From assembly GCA_946548305.1 (NCBI GenBank), contig CAMNPQ010000001.1:1-47837 (forward strand): a stretch of DNA of 47,837 nt, read 5' to 3'. Made by a program: the position numbers and the translations under genes. Below are positions 46,662 to 47,837 of the stretch, one piece after another. The notes under the pieces were generated by a model. The model was given only the letters and a program-made list of their open reading frames with translations. It did not search any database and was not told where the DNA came from. Positions within the stretch are counted from its first letter, which is position 1, and each line of letters starts with the position of its first letter. This stretch comes from an uncultured Pseudobutyrivibrio sp. Its GTDB lineage: Bacteria > Bacillota > Clostridia > Lachnospirales > Lachnospiraceae.

Positions 46662-47648
46662 ATGAATGAACAACAGCTAGACAGCTATCTGATGTCAGAA
46701 ACAAAAGTGGAACAGGTTAATAAGCAGGAGGGGGATTATGCATCTATGCCAGTCATTACAGACTCTTCCATCCTGGACCAGATGAGGCCAGAGCGTGGCT
46801 CACTGCTTGAGCTTGTAAACAGTGCCGATGGGGCTATTGTTTCAAAGCAGGATAGATATAAAAGTGTGCCATTTCACAGTCACGACTGGTTGGAGCTTGC
46901 CTATATGTATTCAGGAAGCTGCACAATCACTTTTAACGAAGGGGCTGTCACACTTAATAAAGGAGACTGTGTGTTAATCAATAGTTTCATTTCCCATTCC
47001 AATTCCTGCTGCCAGAAGGACGATATTCTTATCAATTTTCTCATAAGCAGAAAATACTTGAATGCCAATTTCTTTAACCGTTTTTCAGATGCCAGCTTTA
47101 TATCCAGATATTTTATTCAAGCTTTACAAAACGACCACAAGGCTAACGACTATCTGCTATTTGAATCTTCTCACAGCAGGCGTCTGCCTATTTTTATCAA
47201 AGAATTCATGATTGAATTCTACAACAAAGGGATTTATTCAAAGGATTTTTTAGATAGCTATATCAATTTGATTTTTTTAGAGCTTGCTGACATTTATAAG
47301 ACACAGTCAAAGCACGAATATAAAAACAACGATATTATATATATTTTGAGATATATAGAGGAAAATTATAAAACCTGTACTCTGATGAGTACGGCAGATT
47401 TTTTTCACATGAACCCTAACTATTTGTCGGGATATATAAAAAAGAACACAAACAAGAATTTTAAAGAATTAGTGCAGGAACACAAGCTGTCTCAAGCCAG
47501 CCGCCTATTAAAAAATAGCAATCTGCCAATCACAGCAATTGCAGGTGAGGCTGGTTATGACAACATTACTTTTTTCTACAAAAAATTTCGGGAGAGCTTT
47601 GGCTGCTCTCCCGCTGAATACAGAAACAAAAACAATAGTAAAAGCTAG
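46662..47648 (+). CDS. AraC-family regulator with cupin domain
   Basis: HSHDWLELAYMYSG; HTH AGYDNITFFYKKFRESFGCSPAEYR; divergent from the GH106-like gene. Confidence 0.93.
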   Translation: MNEQQLDSYLMSETKVEQVNKQEGDYASMPVITDSSILDQMRPERGSLLELVNSADGAIVSKQDRYKSVPFHSHDWLELAYMYSGSCTITFNEGAVTLNKGDCVLINSFISHSNSCCQKDDILINFLISRKYLNANFFNRFSDASFISRYFIQALQNDHKANDYLLFESSHSRRLPIFIKEFMIEFYNKGIYSKDFLDSYINLIFLELADIYKTQSKHEYKNNDIIYILRYIEENYKTCTLMSTADFFHMNPNYLSGYIKKNTNKNFKELVQEHKLSQASRLLKNSNLPITAIAGEAGYDNITFFYKKFRESFGCSPAEYRNKNNSKS

Positions 47649-47837
47649 TATCTGACTCCCACTTGCTTTTTCCTGCGCTCCTGAAGCCTTTCTTTATACT
47701 GGGCAATTGTCATCATCTGCTTTGGTCTTTTAGTGAATTTTATCATTAGCTCTTCAGGTTTGTACATTTTCATGATTCCTGCAGGCAGCGTAAATTTGTA
47801 CTCGGAAATCACAGAAAAGACTATCCCTGTGTTTTTG
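47645..47837 (-). CDS. C-terminal fragment of an unidentified protein (enters from the right edge)
   Basis: Open frame ...KNTGIVFSVISEYKFTLPAGIMKMYKPEELMIKFTKRPKQMMTIAQYKERLQERRKKQVGVRY-stop; its stop overlaps the araC stop in CTAG. Confidence 0.5.
   Translation of the reverse strand, partial: KNTGIVFSVISEYKFTLPAGIMKMYKPEELMIKFTKRPKQMMTIAQYKERLQERRKKQVGVRY

Overview
A 47.8-kb AT-rich window, probably from a Lachnospiraceae-type anaerobe (inferred from gene content and AGGAGG ribosome-binding sites). Nearly all of it is one large glycoside/glucuronide-utilisation island. It holds four GPH/MFS sugar:cation symporters, six AraC regulators, three GH2 enzymes with the NxKG beta-glucuronidase motif, two GH3, one each of GH1, GH43, GH78 and GH106-like, two serine esterases, and a complete glucuronate pathway (eda, uxuA, SDR mannonate oxidoreductase, uxaC, kdgK). 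No CAZyme shows an obvious signal peptide and there is no ABC transporter, which points to uptake and cytoplasmic stripping of small glycoconjugates rather than polysaccharide breakdown. Embedded in the island are a TetR-divergent operon (MATE pump, phytol/dolichol-kinase-like membrane kinase, TIM-barrel isomerase/lyase), a His-type GH3 next to a HAD phosphatase, and an HPr-like mini-protein lacking His15. Features missing from the ORF track include a 45-aa small ORF, a promoter motif at fixed spacing upstream of three transcription units, and an 83-nt hairpin with tandem GA mismatches plus a truncated second copy. No rRNA, tRNA, CRISPR array or transposase was seen. All calls come from reading motifs by eye; no searches were run.
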